Counted from the first letter of the stretch, positions 1-9,997 are shown. The stretch is 64,000 nt of DNA from an uncultured virus (IMG/VR IMGVR_UViG_3300014826_000003) (IMGVR_UViG_3300014826_000003), one strand, 5' to 3'. Translations and numbers: made by a program. Notes: generated by a model from the letters alone, not told the origin.

Positions 1-2
1 AT

Positions 3-236
3 GACTATCCTTTGGTAGACGGTCGAGAGATGACCTCAGAGGAGAAGAAAAAGTACCGTGCTGAACAGCGTAAGGCTGCTAAGGGTGGAGAAGCTCCTAA
101 GAAGGGGAAGAAGGCTAAGAAGGCCGAGGCTCCCGCTGAGGCTCCTGCTTCCAAGAAAGAGAAGAAGGACAAGAAGAAGCCCAAGGTAGACAAGGACGCC
201 AAAAAGAAGAAGAAGTCCAAGAAGGACGAGGACTAA
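3..236 (+). CDS. Lys/Ala-rich basic (histone-like) protein, 5'-truncated by the window edge
   Basis: Frame is open from the window start (DYPLVDGREMTSEEKKKYRAEQRK...KKKKKSKKDED); followed by a terminator. Confidence 0.6.
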   Translation, partial: DYPLVDGREMTSEEKKKYRAEQRKAAKGGEAPKKGKKAKKAEAPAEAPASKKEKKDKKKPKVDKDAKKKKKSKKDED

Positions 237-260
237 CCCCGTTCTCTCTGAGGATTCTGG

Positions 261-294
261 AGGGGTGGGATGGTAAAACGTCTCACCCCTTTTT
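261..294 (+). terminator. Rho-independent terminator
   Basis: aggggtgggatg-gtaaaa-cgtctcacccct stem (with G-T pairs) followed by a T-run. Confidence 0.75.
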
Positions 295-319
295 CATATC
301 TCAAAAACAATAAATCAAT

Positions 320-1183
320 ATGGAAGATAAGGCAGTATTTAAACCAAAGCTTCGTATCACTCTACTTACCGAGGATGGAGTTCCTACATCAGATAGGCTA
401 GTAGATGCTTATACGGAACTTAATACAGGTCCCAAACTACAACATCACGGGCCTGTACGTATTGAGGTAACTCTTGCAAACACCAACGACGTAAATCTAT
501 TCAAAACCTACATGGATAGATTGTCTGGTACTTTGCCTCTCAAGGAGCCCTCAGCTGGTAGAGGACGGCCAGCAGGGAGTGCTACTAAGGAACTGGAGAG
601 TCCAAGAGAAGAGATCCTGGCAGAAGTAGAGAACATGGTTTCTTCTGGTAAAAACCAGAAAGAGATCATTAAGTACCTACGGAAGTTAGGATTCGTATTT
701 ATCTTAACCGAGGACTTCAAGGTATACTTCCCTGAGTTTGAGTTCAACAAAAAGGATATTGGAGAACCTACCGATAATGGGCAGTATCTCAAATCTCTAT
801 CTTGGATGGTACGGCAGATCAAACGTGCTAAAGATCCAAAAGCTGATAAGTTTGATCCTCAGATCATTTTCGGATTCTCAATCCTGGAAGGTCCTTCTAA
901 GAAGATCGTTCCCTACCTGTATAAGGAAAGGAAGAAACCTCTTAAAGCTGAGCCTGTAAAGAAATCACTCTCCTTCTCAAAGGTTGGATTCACCAAGTAC
1001 CCAGCCTTCATGTTAGAGGATGAGAGATTGAAATTCTCTACTGAGATTAGGCAATTACTTGATAACCCCGAGAAGAAACCTTCTAAGTTCTTCCTCAGAT
1101 GGTGCAGTGATGTTACACTACCTCCAGAGGTATTCGAGAATTTCAGCAAACGTTTACCGAATGTAAAGTTTAAGAACGTATAA
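320..1183 (+). CDS. hypothetical phage protein (287 aa)
   Basis: Long ORF with AT-rich leader; no recognised motif. Confidence 0.7.
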   Translation: MEDKAVFKPKLRITLLTEDGVPTSDRLVDAYTELNTGPKLQHHGPVRIEVTLANTNDVNLFKTYMDRLSGTLPLKEPSAGRGRPAGSATKELESPREEILAEVENMVSSGKNQKEIIKYLRKLGFVFILTEDFKVYFPEFEFNKKDIGEPTDNGQYLKSLSWMVRQIKRAKDPKADKFDPQIIFGFSILEGPSKKIVPYLYKERKKPLKAEPVKKSLSFSKVGFTKYPAFMLEDERLKFSTEIRQLLDNPEKKPSKFFLRWCSDVTLPPEVFENFSKRLPNVKFKNV

Positions 1184-1184
1184 T

Positions 1185-1544
1185 ATGGACAAACCCACAA
1201 AACAAATACTATCTATGATAGCATCCATCCAGGTGGATGCTATCAATTCGTTGTTAGAGAACCCTAATACAGACTGGGACCTTGCTAAAATATATTTGCA
1301 GGTAACTAATGATGATATTCATACTGCCGCAGGCAATCTTTTGGATGTCTACAAGCAGATGCAAGAAATTCCTTCTATAGTTAGAACTCTTTCTGAATAC
1401 CAATTACTAGTATGCACCCATATTCTCTTTAGGATGGAGGAGACTTGGTTACTTGACAATTCTCAAGGTGTATATGGTGCTTGGGCAGAGATTCACAAAG
1501 CTATGGATAAGTTCCACCCAGAGTTAACATTAACAAGAGTATGA
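1185..1544 (+). CDS. hypothetical protein
   Basis: ORF tightly packed between its neighbours. Confidence 0.65.
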   Translation: MDKPTKQILSMIASIQVDAINSLLENPNTDWDLAKIYLQVTNDDIHTAAGNLLDVYKQMQEIPSIVRTLSEYQLLVCTHILFRMEETWLLDNSQGVYGAWAEIHKAMDKFHPELTLTRV

Positions 1545-1792
1545 TATCAGTACTTTCAGTAAGCAAGGCAATTGGAGTTGAACTCAAACCTTGTCAGTCA
1601 TCAAACATCGTAGCCTACGGTTATAAGGATGGGAATCTATGGATCCTGTTCAAAGGAGACAATCTCTATAAGTATCCTAATCGTACTGAAGCCGAGTTTA
1701 AAGAATTGGATTCTGCTGAGAGTAAGGGCAAATGGGTAAATCAGAACCTAGTAAAACCTAAAGCAGAATGTGTTGGATATGATGTAACTTAA
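1541..1792 (+). CDS. KTSC-domain protein
   Basis: SSNIVAYGY...LWILFK..LYKY....FKEL..AESKGKWVN matches the KTSC pattern. Confidence 0.75.
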   Translation: MISVLSVSKAIGVELKPCQSSNIVAYGYKDGNLWILFKGDNLYKYPNRTEAEFKELDSAESKGKWVNQNLVKPKAECVGYDVT

Positions 1793-1903
1793 CAAGTACT
1801 AAAGGATCTTTAGGTCGTTATGGATGTAATGCCATGAATCCTTGGATCCTACTACTGCCAGATAGCAAAACCTCCGAAAATTGAAAGATTTTCTTTAATT
1901 TTC

Positions 1904-1936
1904 TTGCATAATTGAAAATAAATACTTAATTTTGCA
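1904..1936 (+). promoter_or_regulatory. Bacteroidota-type promoter, copy 1 of 8
   Basis: TTGCA-N18-TAATTTTGCA; matches the -33 TTG / -7 TAnnTTTG consensus. Confidence 0.8.
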
Positions 1937-1981
1937 GTGTCAAATTTAATTTATTTATTTACTTATTTAAAAATAGTCATT

Positions 1982-2416
1982 ATGAAGGAAATTAAGAACA
2001 AGGAAGCTAAGGTTGCTTCAAAGGTAGAGAACACATCAGTTGCTGCTCAGGCAGAAGTTGCTAACATCGAGCCGAAGGCTAAGAAGGACAAAAAGGACAA
2101 GAAGGAGAAGAAGGCCAAGGTTCTGGAGACCAAGGAAGCTAAGAAGGCTAAGGTCACCAAGGAAGTTGCTGCTCAGCAGAAGGAAGCCATCCTGGAGGAG
2201 GTAATCTCCAAAAGGGAAGTCAAGTACATCTATCCCGAAGATGTCAAGGACACTCTCGCACGGAAGACCTGGAGACAGAAGACCCGCAACGAACTCCACC
2301 GACTGGAACTTGCAGTATCTCGGATCAAGGATACCAATTCCAAGGAGTACAAGAAGGCCAAGAAGGAATACGAGGCTTTCAAGGCTACGGTTCTCAAGCC
2401 AGAACAGGTTGCATAA
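1982..2416 (+). CDS. Lys-rich basic protein, putative DNA-binding (probable start ATG 1982)
   Basis: K/A/E-rich N-terminus; YIYPEDVKDTLARKTWRQKTRN motif; the track start at 1937 abuts the promoter. Confidence 0.7.
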   Translation: MKEIKNKEAKVASKVENTSVAAQAEVANIEPKAKKDKKDKKEKKAKVLETKEAKKAKVTKEVAAQQKEAILEEVISKREVKYIYPEDVKDTLARKTWRQKTRNELHRLELAVSRIKDTNSKEYKKAKKEYEAFKATVLKPEQVA

Positions 2417-2437
2417 TACTCAAACAAACTAATAACT

Positions 2438-2470
2438 GCCCAGTAAGCCTCAAACGAGGCTCTGGGCTTT
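2438..2470 (+). terminator. putative terminator hairpin
   Basis: gcccag..agcctc-aaac-gaggct-ctgggc followed by ttt. Confidence 0.55.
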
Positions 2471-2494
2471 CAATTTAATTCTAGTCGTCATCTT

Positions 2495-2803
2495 ATGGCA
2501 ATTTACCAACCTTTGCCCAAACGGGCACTACAAAAGCACCGAGAAGAATTACTCGAACTTCATAAAAGGTGCATCAAGACATACCTAGTACAAAAAGACT
2601 TAAAGTACAAGTACAGACTCAAGTTCTTCAAACTATACGACTACTACGTAAGTGAGAAGAACATACTCATGTATTGGAACATACCCATCAATCTATTTGT
2701 ACAGGCTATGGTCAAGAATACGCTGCATACTTTCTTTAGATATACTAACCCACAAGAATATGTTCGCAAGAATCGTAAGAAATCAGTACATCGGAAAGAG
2801 TAA
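2495..2803 (+). CDS. hypothetical protein
   Basis: ORF in a packed operon. Confidence 0.6.
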   Translation: MAIYQPLPKRALQKHREELLELHKRCIKTYLVQKDLKYKYRLKFFKLYDYYVSEKNILMYWNIPINLFVQAMVKNTLHTFFRYTNPQEYVRKNRKKSVHRKE

Positions 2804-3221
2804 GGTAGACTTTACCTTCTATGGAGGCCCAATATCTGGGACTACTCTGATAGGTGATATATGTCTACCATTCATGGACAATGATGGTAACCCTTTTACC
2901 ACTTATAATCCTCATCTACCGGATGTAATAATACCAGGTATGGTTACGGATATCTCTACTATGGAGATTGCCTGTGATCCTAACCTATCTTTGGATAAGG
3001 TAAGTATTATGTACATTACTGGGATCCCAAAGAATGCTAGGTCTCTGGATGATTACAGACTGAACAATGTGATATGGCAATCATATTACGAGGATAGTTA
3101 TAGAGGCTACCTATTCCAAATACTCAAGGCCTCCGAACCAGTATCTCTTAAAGAAAACAACGAAAGAACATTATCAATTCAATTTAAATATGGAACCCCA
3201 AGAATATATCAAGCGATTTAG
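2760..3221 (+). CDS. hypothetical protein (probable start ATG 2760)
   Basis: ORF overlapping both neighbours. Confidence 0.55.
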   Translation: MFARIVRNQYIGKSKVDFTFYGGPISGTTLIGDICLPFMDNDGNPFTTYNPHLPDVIIPGMVTDISTMEIACDPNLSLDKVSIMYITGIPKNARSLDDYRLNNVIWQSYYEDSYRGYLFQILKASEPVSLKENNERTLSIQFKYGTPRIYQAI

Positions 3222-3576
3222 AATGGATCAAGAGAACTATAGATTCTCTCGACCTGAGTTTCTTAAGCAACTTTATAAAGATTTACTAGAAGAAGTTCAA
3301 AACCACCCCAAGCGGAATCCCGAAACTGGGTTTATTAAGTATAAACATTTCAAGGAATGTGTTAAGGTAATATACGCTAAGTACTGGGCAATATCCAGGG
3401 CAATGCCTCATGGAAATCTAAGCCCCAACCTTTGGCATTGTTTCTTTGCCATGTACGTGGTTAAGTATAGGACCGAGAATTACCCAGAATGCCAGGAGCA
3501 TATAATCCAGGTTAGGATCAGGGATGGTAAGAAGGTACCTAAATCCCAATTAAACAAGACAAGTCAAAATGACTAA
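3190..3576 (+). CDS. hypothetical protein
   Basis: ORF in operon. Confidence 0.6.
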   Translation: MEPQEYIKRFRMDQENYRFSRPEFLKQLYKDLLEEVQNHPKRNPETGFIKYKHFKECVKVIYAKYWAISRAMPHGNLSPNLWHCFFAMYVVKYRTENYPECQEHIIQVRIRDGKKVPKSQLNKTSQND

Positions 3577-3886
3577 GCAAATTATAGAGCTCGGAGGTAA
3601 TATATTTGAGGCAACTTCGGATTATAAATTAAAGGTCGATTGCCCCATGTATAAGGCTTCCCATTATTGCATGACAAGGGATAGGGTAAGTGATTTACCC
3701 TTTACCCTTGTTAGGTTTAATAATGGGAAGAGGTGGTTAATGATCACTTGGGTAGCTCATTTAAATCTATACCTTATAAGGAAACTAAAGTTTATAAGAT
3801 ATGAAGAAACATTCGACCTCAAATATGAGTGGAAGTACAGGAAAGAACTCAAGCAGTTCTATGCCCGTCTTAAGAAGACTACCTAG
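3569..3886 (+). CDS. hypothetical protein
   Basis: ORF in operon. Confidence 0.55.
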   Translation: MTKQIIELGGNIFEATSDYKLKVDCPMYKASHYCMTRDRVSDLPFTLVRFNNGKRWLMITWVAHLNLYLIRKLKFIRYEETFDLKYEWKYRKELKQFYARLKKTT

Positions 3887-4760
3887 ACCGTACGGTGCTA
3901 CTTCTTTAGCAATACAGTATAAGAAGACTAAAGCTGAGAAGGAGTACCGAGCTTTTGTAGATTTTATGGTCCATCAATGGTTCATCGGGAATGGCATTAT
4001 TTGCGGTGTATCTTATGATATCCAAGAGATAGCTTCTTCTCTCCATATACCAGTAGAGGAGATTAGATGTAAGATGAGAGATCAGCTGATAGAATCTCGA
4101 ATCTGGGATAAAGACAAACAGGATCAAATGCTATATGGTCTAATGGGTAATATGGTTAGCTGGACTATGGAAGATCGTATGAAAGTTAACGCTCAGTTAG
4201 ATCTGCTGATCAAGAGTCAGGGAGGTAAATATACACCTTTTATCTCAGCTGAAGTCAATAAGGCTCTTAAGTTGAGTCTGGAGAGTAGTACTGCTTTACA
4301 AGCTGTAGTAGGTAGACTGATGGGAGGTGGTGGCACTACTAACATCTTCACGTTTAATCAACAGAACAATGATAACTCAGTGAACAACAATTACGTCACT
4401 ACATCGGAAGTTCTAGAGATTATTAACGAGAATGACAAGCAACTAGACAAGTCTGAACAAGCTAAGCTCTTAGAAAGTAAGTATGATCTATCCTCTTTGC
4501 CTGTAGTTGTTGCTACTGAGCAGGAGGGAATAGATACCTCTAAAGAAGGATTGGGTGGGAAGATAAACCAACAACTGCTCAATCAGGTTACGGATAATAT
4601 GAAGGCAGCTATGGAGGCTTCTGATGAAGATCATCATGCTATGCGTAGAGAGATAGAGATGAATATCGATCAGGATGCAGATGACCCAGAGCTGGACCAG
4701 TATGACGATTATGAGGAGGAAGAAGAACAGACCTTCTCTGCAAGGAATTACCTAAAATGA
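3861..4760 (+). CDS. HTH-containing protein, possible terminase small subunit (probable start ATG 3861)
   Basis: HTH-like YDIQEIASSLHIPVEEIRCKM, helical middle, GGGGTTNIFTFNQQNN segment, acidic tail; function is inference only. Confidence 0.4.
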   Translation: MPVLRRLPRPYGATSLAIQYKKTKAEKEYRAFVDFMVHQWFIGNGIICGVSYDIQEIASSLHIPVEEIRCKMRDQLIESRIWDKDKQDQMLYGLMGNMVSWTMEDRMKVNAQLDLLIKSQGGKYTPFISAEVNKALKLSLESSTALQAVVGRLMGGGGTTNIFTFNQQNNDNSVNNNYVTTSEVLEIINENDKQLDKSEQAKLLESKYDLSSLPVVVATEQEGIDTSKEGLGGKINQQLLNQVTDNMKAAMEASDEDHHAMRREIEMNIDQDADDPELDQYDDYEEEEEQTFSARNYLK

Positions 4761-4767
4761 TTATAAG

Positions 4768-5115
4768 ATGATTAAGAAGATAGAGATTACAAAGACTTAT
4801 ATTGAGGACCAGGAAGAGTTCTTAAAGAGTCTGCAGACGGCCGTTAAAAATGGGCTAATGGCCCCAGCTGGTATCATACTAGATGACGAACCAGAAGTCA
4901 AACGACGTGCACACATGATCGTAAACGCGATTCGTGATAAATTTACCGAGATTGATGCTATATTGGTACTTCCTGGGACTTTAATTCAAGTTCTATTCCC
5001 GAAGAAAGAACTACTGGTAACCATCATGTTCCTACAGAATAAGATAACCGGCGATAAGAACATCAGGTTAGAGCTCTGCAAGTTGACCTCAGAGGATATT
5101 CAATCAGGTACGTAG
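4768..5115 (+). CDS. hypothetical protein
   Basis: ORF in operon. Confidence 0.6.
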   Translation: MIKKIEITKTYIEDQEEFLKSLQTAVKNGLMAPAGIILDDEPEVKRRAHMIVNAIRDKFTEIDAILVLPGTLIQVLFPKKELLVTIMFLQNKITGDKNIRLELCKLTSEDIQSGT

Positions 5116-5120
5116 GTTTA

Positions 5121-5153
5121 TTGCATATATAAAATATAATTTGTAATTTTGCA
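5121..5153 (+). promoter_or_regulatory. Bacteroidota-type promoter, copy 2
   Basis: TTGCATATATAAAATATAATTTGTAATTTTGCA. Confidence 0.8.
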
Positions 5154-5176
5154 GTATTAAATTTAAAATTAAGTAT

Positions 5177-5713
5177 ATGGAACAACTAATCACATCTCTG
5201 GCAACATCACTTAAGGATGGCCAGATCACAAACAACATTGCAGATAACCTCTTCAAGAGGAATCCGCAACATCAAGGAGATTATGTATTTGTAGCTAAGA
5301 CACTGGCTAAGGTATTACAGGATTTCTTCTTTGACTTCGGCTTCAGAGATGTCTATCCGTACTGCGTTTTCTATATGCAAGATGATTACCGTAAGGAAGC
5401 TTCCTATGTAGTTGGCTTCAAAGGTCAAACTATAGAGTTCGGTAATATAGAGGCTGATGCTGAAGCTATCGATCTTTTCAGAGAGAAGTTAACTGAGGCA
5501 GAACATCACTTCTACGATTATTTTGCTCAACATGCTAATGAGTACATGCACTCAGATTGGCAGTATAAAGAAGAGAATATGCAAAGGTCAGCAGGACCAT
5601 ACGCTAATAGGTTCCCAAATGAGTTTGGTAGAAACTACGAATCGGCAGTAATATGCCAGATCCCTCTATGTTACTTCTCAAAATGGGAAGATACGGTCAA
5701 TGTACCAGAATAA
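5177..5713 (+). CDS. hypothetical early protein (single-gene unit)
   Basis: Has its own promoter upstream and a terminator downstream. Confidence 0.7.
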   Translation: MEQLITSLATSLKDGQITNNIADNLFKRNPQHQGDYVFVAKTLAKVLQDFFFDFGFRDVYPYCVFYMQDDYRKEASYVVGFKGQTIEFGNIEADAEAIDLFREKLTEAEHHFYDYFAQHANEYMHSDWQYKEENMQRSAGPYANRFPNEFGRNYESAVICQIPLCYFSKWEDTVNVPE

Positions 5714-5742
5714 GTTGTTGCATTATTATACGTTTGTTGATT

Positions 5743-5776
5743 GAGGCTGGTGGCTTAACTGCTGCTAGCCTCTTTT
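5743..5776 (+). terminator. Rho-independent terminator
   Basis: gaggctggtggc-ttaact-gctgctagcctc followed by tttt. Confidence 0.75.
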
Positions 5777-5815
5777 AGTGTCCACAGCTTCTGGTAACTT
5801 TGGTATGGAGGATCC

Positions 5816-5848
5816 TTGCATATATTTAAAAATTTATGTAATTTTGCA
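5816..5848 (+). promoter_or_regulatory. Bacteroidota-type promoter, copy 3
   Basis: TTGCATATATTTAAAAATTTATGTAATTTTGCA. Confidence 0.8.
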
Positions 5849-5872
5849 GTAACAAATTTAAATAATAAAGAT

Positions 5873-6229
5873 ATGCAACAAACCACAACAAACAAACAAC
5901 AAAAGCTCTACATCCTACAATCAGGATTCACGGGCAGAAACATTAAACTCATTCCTAAGTATTTACTTAAGGAACTAAGGAACTTGGAAAGAACATTTCC
6001 TTCAGAATCAAGAAAACTGGAATGGGACTTATATAGTAACTGCACCAGATGGATCCTTACTCTATGGGATAACGGTCACAGCACTAACAAGTTTATGGTA
6101 AATCACATACTTCCTATCATAGATCACGTATCTTGGAAGGAAGACACTTCTAGAGTACCGAAGATCATTCTTTATATTAACAAACCAAATTATAATAACA
6201 ACAATGGAAGAAGTAATCATCATCAATGA
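5873..6229 (+). CDS. hypothetical early protein (probable start ATG 5873)
   Basis: The track start (TTG 5816) lies inside the promoter; ATG 5873 follows an A-rich leader. Confidence 0.6.
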   Translation: MQQTTTNKQQKLYILQSGFTGRNIKLIPKYLLKELRNLERTFPSESRKLEWDLYSNCTRWILTLWDNGHSTNKFMVNHILPIIDHVSWKEDTSRVPKIILYINKPNYNNNNGRSNHHQ

Positions 6230-6548
6230 ACAGATCCAGGACATGCTTAACATGCTGGATGAAACAGGAGAATTTTCTCAGGCTAGATTAGAAAGCCTCA
6301 GTAAAGATCCAGAAGCTCTCTTCAAAGCTTGCTTACAATGGGAAGGAATCATTGGATACGAAGAGGAAATTAAAGAATGGGCTAAAGGCTTATTCAAAGC
6401 AAAGCCCATACTCCTCTACGATGAAGAAGATGAAGATCCTTTCAAGTTACTCAAGAAGAAGGAGGATGAGATCTCTTACTTGATAAGCCTCTTAGATGAG
6501 AGACAGTTGGATAAGTTTAACAATTATTTGAAGAGAAACAATGGATAA
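6204..6548 (+). CDS. hypothetical acidic protein
   Basis: ORF in operon. Confidence 0.6.
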   Translation: MEEVIIINEQIQDMLNMLDETGEFSQARLESLSKDPEALFKACLQWEGIIGYEEEIKEWAKGLFKAKPILLYDEEDEDPFKLLKKKEDEISYLISLLDERQLDKFNNYLKRNNG

Positions 6549-7017
6549 GGCACTTCACTCAAGAAAAGAACTTAGGTCTGTACTACAGCAGGCCAAGTTC
6601 TTTGCATTTGACCAAGAGGGTAAATGTTGGACTCACTGGTATGGGAATCCACTAGTAGACCAAGTATATAGATTAGAAGGTAGGCTCTGCGAAAGAATAG
6701 CAGACTCCTTCACTAAGTACTTCGAAGGACCAGGGTTCTTATACATCTTCAAGGATATACCTCAGTCAAGGAAATTCATTGAAGAGAATATGCAGAACCT
6801 AGATCTGGATGAAGAAGGTAATGGGTATGATAAGGTACCAACTCTATTGATGGCCATTGCTACTACTGGTCAGATACTCCAATACGATGCTCAACTCATC
6901 AGAACCTATCTTGAATTTGGTAAACCAGAAGACTTCGAATATATCAAGGACTTCAGGCATATTAAAGCAGTAACGGATTCAATGCTTCTAGCAATTAAAA
7001 CATTTAACGACAAGTAA
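6541..7017 (+). CDS. hypothetical protein
   Basis: ORF in operon. Confidence 0.6.
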   Translation: MDKALHSRKELRSVLQQAKFFAFDQEGKCWTHWYGNPLVDQVYRLEGRLCERIADSFTKYFEGPGFLYIFKDIPQSRKFIEENMQNLDLDEEGNGYDKVPTLLMAIATTGQILQYDAQLIRTYLEFGKPEDFEYIKDFRHIKAVTDSMLLAIKTFNDK

Positions 7018-7019
7018 CT

Positions 7020-7349
7020 ATGGGAAAATTAGATAAGAACTTTCTAGAAAAGTGCCTGGGTAACCTTTTGCAAATGGTTAACAGCAAAGAGATAACATTC
7101 AATCGGGAAGATTACCTAATAATGCAATCTACTCCTGACAGTAATATACAGAAGTACCCGACGAGACGCTGTATTACAGGAGTACTGATCCCTATGAACT
7201 CTACAACAGTACAGGTAAGAGCTATTACTGAACCCTTAGTCCAAGATAAACGGACTAAGGTTAAGGTACATTTCTACAATCTATCCCAGTTTGATGAACA
7301 GACAGTAATGCGTATCTTTGAACTGGCTACTAAATACATTTGGACATAA
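7020..7349 (+). CDS. hypothetical protein
   Basis: ORF in operon. Confidence 0.6.
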   Translation: MGKLDKNFLEKCLGNLLQMVNSKEITFNREDYLIMQSTPDSNIQKYPTRRCITGVLIPMNSTTVQVRAITEPLVQDKRTKVKVHFYNLSQFDEQTVMRIFELATKYIWT

Positions 7350-7368
7350 CCCATAATACAGGTATAAT

Positions 7369-7569
7369 ATGACTACAGACAAAGCGCAGGTGCAGACATT
7401 AGTAGAGCAATTTCACTACTGGTATTCTTACATCGTAGTAGACAACGATGTACTTGAAAAAGTCATTGAGAATCTGCTTAACACAACTCATTTCCAGGGC
7501 CAAGTTATTCTAGACTTAGCCAGAGATGAAATACTATCTCAACAGCTTGAAGAGGAGGTAGTAGAATGA
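7369..7569 (+). CDS. small acidic hypothetical protein
   Basis: ORF in operon. Confidence 0.55.
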   Translation: MTTDKAQVQTLVEQFHYWYSYIVVDNDVLEKVIENLLNTTHFQGQVILDLARDEILSQQLEEEVVE

Positions 7570-7614
7570 TCCATCAATGGCCTACGAAGGTTATAAATCC
7601 GGTAAGTAGGATCC

Positions 7615-7647
7615 TTGCATATATTAAAAAATTTGAGTAATTTTGCA
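7615..7647 (+). promoter_or_regulatory. Bacteroidota-type promoter, copy 4
   Basis: TTGCATATATTAAAAAATTTGAGTAATTTTGCA. Confidence 0.8.
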
Positions 7648-7690
7648 CTATAAATAATAAATAAGTTAAACCCTATAAAACATCAACAAC

Positions 7691-8032
7691 ATGGCAACAA
7701 ACAAATCAAACTTCAACTTCCTGCTAACGGAACTTACCCGTATTCAGGAACAGTATCCAAACCTTGAAATAATGGGTGCTCAACCTATTTTCACTCAGGA
7801 ACTGGAGGATGCAACTAATCCGGACTTCGACTTAGAAATCTTAGGATTACATCTCACTAACGTTCAACCCAACGGATTCGTTATCTGGACTATCATCTGC
7901 TGCGGATCCTATGCAAATGACTATGCTACTCACATTGCAGAAGGCGATCCGGATCTATCGGTATTCCTCCACGATCTGCAGGGTACTAAGGACGGAATGG
8001 AACTCTTCAACATAACAATAATTGCTGGCTAA
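7691..8032 (+). CDS. acidic hypothetical early protein
   Basis: First ORF after the promoter. Confidence 0.65.
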   Translation: MATNKSNFNFLLTELTRIQEQYPNLEIMGAQPIFTQELEDATNPDFDLEILGLHLTNVQPNGFVIWTIICCGSYANDYATHIAEGDPDLSVFLHDLQGTKDGMELFNITIIAG

Positions 8033-8334
8033 TGAAGAAACTCTTAACACTCACGGTAGTAGCACTCTTAATAGGGTGCTCTACCTCTCCAAAACAAAAG
8101 GATCCAGGAGAGGTTACTCTTAAGTTCGACCGCCAACAGTATCACAAGCAGTTATCAAACCTCATCCGATTATTTGATAACTACTACCATACTACGGAAG
8201 AACTCCTGGACACTGCAGATTTAGACCTATACTCTACCCAAATAGGTATCAAGTACTTACAGGATAGAGATGCTCTCAACGAACTCTTTAATGCACTAGA
8301 ATACAACAGTAATCACAAACATATAACAAAATGA
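8032..8334 (+). CDS. putative lipoprotein
   Basis: MKKLLTLTVVALLIG-C signal peptide with lipobox. Confidence 0.65.
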   Translation: MKKLLTLTVVALLIGCSTSPKQKDPGEVTLKFDRQQYHKQLSNLIRLFDNYYHTTEELLDTADLDLYSTQIGIKYLQDRDALNELFNALEYNSNHKHITK

Positions 8335-8729
8335 AAGTCAACGAATCTTACATCTTAAACTGCCTCAACCAACATGTACTTAATTGGTTGACAGCACATG
8401 GGCTTGGACACCTCAAGGATCAAGAAATAGATGTCTTCAACCCAGAATCATACCCAGATGAACTGGATGTACTAATCAAACATCTAGAGTACTCAGTAAG
8501 GGACATCACAGAATACCAATACCTAACAGAGAAGGAGCAACAGATCATCTCTAAGGGTAACTTCAAGAATATGTTCCTATCACCAGAGGAAGAACATAAA
8601 CAACAAATCTTACAAGGTGCTAGACAGGAAATGGCTGAAACACTTCAGAAACTCTTAAATGAAGGCTTCGATGAACCGGATCTCCAGAAACTCTTAGATA
8701 ACTTAGCAGCAGACATTCCAGTATTATGA
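8331..8729 (+). CDS. acidic hypothetical protein
   Basis: ATGA overlap with the previous gene. Confidence 0.6.
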   Translation: MKVNESYILNCLNQHVLNWLTAHGLGHLKDQEIDVFNPESYPDELDVLIKHLEYSVRDITEYQYLTEKEQQIISKGNFKNMFLSPEEEHKQQILQGARQEMAETLQKLLNEGFDEPDLQKLLDNLAADIPVL

Positions 8730-8866
8730 AGTACTACACTACAAATGGACCCAGACGGGAACTAAATGTAATATCAATAGATACCCGTAATTCTCTCGTA
8801 ACCGTACAAAACTCGGACGGTACTACCCAAGATCTCAAAGTTAAAGCTCTATACATAGAACAATGA
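8726..8866 (+). CDS. small hypothetical protein (46 aa, not in the ORF track)
   Basis: MKYYTTNGPRRELNVISIDTRNSLVTVQNSDGTTQDLKVKALYIEQ; ATGA overlaps at both ends. Confidence 0.6.
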   Translation: MKYYTTNGPRRELNVISIDTRNSLVTVQNSDGTTQDLKVKALYIEQ

Positions 8867-9057
8867 ACATACTTCCTATGCAAGCCAAAGGTAAACAAGG
8901 TAGGTACAAACTCCTACAACAAACCTCAAGTACTAAGCCCTTTGCAATATACAAACGGGTAAGTAACTTCTGGCAACAGATATCTCCTCACTACTTCAGA
9001 AAGGGCAATGCCCTACGCTACGCAAAACAACATAATATCACATTAGAGAACAATTAA
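8863..9057 (+). CDS. small basic hypothetical protein
   Basis: Translationally coupled ORF. Confidence 0.55.
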   Translation: MNILPMQAKGKQGRYKLLQQTSSTKPFAIYKRVSNFWQQISPHYFRKGNALRYAKQHNITLENN

Positions 9058-9061
9058 CATT

Positions 9062-9397
9062 ATGGCTATTACAATCAAAGACATTAAAGAACTGGTATCA
9101 AAGGAACAGATACCATTGAACGCAGAAGTAACTGCTACAATATTCGGAGGACAAGGCGATCTATACATAGGGACTATCACTGCAGATGGTCCTAATATAG
9201 GTCTATACTACTGCTCTAAGGAGAATAACAGACATCTCACTATAGAGGATCTCTTAAACATTCCAGATGATAGAACCGTTACCATACCTTCAATGGATGA
9301 TGACTTCGAGGACATCATGGAACCAGCTACCCATATAGAATACACACCGGACAGTAACACTTTAAACTTATACATAGACTATGAAGACAATCACTAG
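9062..9397 (+). CDS. acidic hypothetical protein
   Basis: ORF in operon. Confidence 0.6.
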   Translation: MAITIKDIKELVSKEQIPLNAEVTATIFGGQGDLYIGTITADGPNIGLYYCSKENNRHLTIEDLLNIPDDRTVTIPSMDDDFEDIMEPATHIEYTPDSNTLNLYIDYEDNH

Positions 9398-9713
9398 AAA
9401 AGAATACCAAGAGTATCTCAAGGAACAAAGGCAGGGAACTACTTCTACCCTCCTATCCAAAGAGATGAGAGAATTCATCAAGGCTAACGAATCAGATATC
9501 ACTAGAGCCTTCATAGGAACAAACATCTCGGTAATATCTTTCCCTACCCCGAACGAAAAGGTAAAGAAAAGAATACAACAAGCCGAAATCTATCTCCAAG
9601 AGATCAAGGACCTAGTAAGGGATATCGATATACATATCACCAACGATGCCGACCTTGAAGATCTATCTGAGGCTAGGAATTACATCAAAGCTTTCATCCA
9701 AAAACAACAGTAA
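9381..9713 (+). CDS. hypothetical protein
   Basis: ORF in operon. Confidence 0.6.
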   Translation: MKTITRKEYQEYLKEQRQGTTSTLLSKEMREFIKANESDITRAFIGTNISVISFPTPNEKVKKRIQQAEIYLQEIKDLVRDIDIHITNDADLEDLSEARNYIKAFIQKQQ

Positions 9714-9715
9714 TT

Positions 9716-9997
9716 ATGGACAAGTACACTAAGAAATACATGAGGCTCATTAAACAAGCCAAATCAGACCAAGAACTATCGGACATCATAGATAATATCT
9801 ATACAGACGGATTCGATGATGGAGAACAATCTGCAGGAACACCTGAAGATAAACCACAAGATAAACCTCTTACAGCATCAGAGGATCGCTATCGGAAAGT
9901 TCTCCTTAACTTAGTCGAGGATATGGAAACAGATGATGACTTATCACCGGCTGACATAACAGCCATCATCAAACAAGGAAGTAAAGGCTACGTATAA
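9716..9997 (+). CDS. acidic hypothetical protein
   Basis: ORF in operon. Confidence 0.6.
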   Translation: MDKYTKKYMRLIKQAKSDQELSDIIDNIYTDGFDDGEQSAGTPEDKPQDKPLTASEDRYRKVLLNLVEDMETDDDLSPADITAIIKQGSKGYV

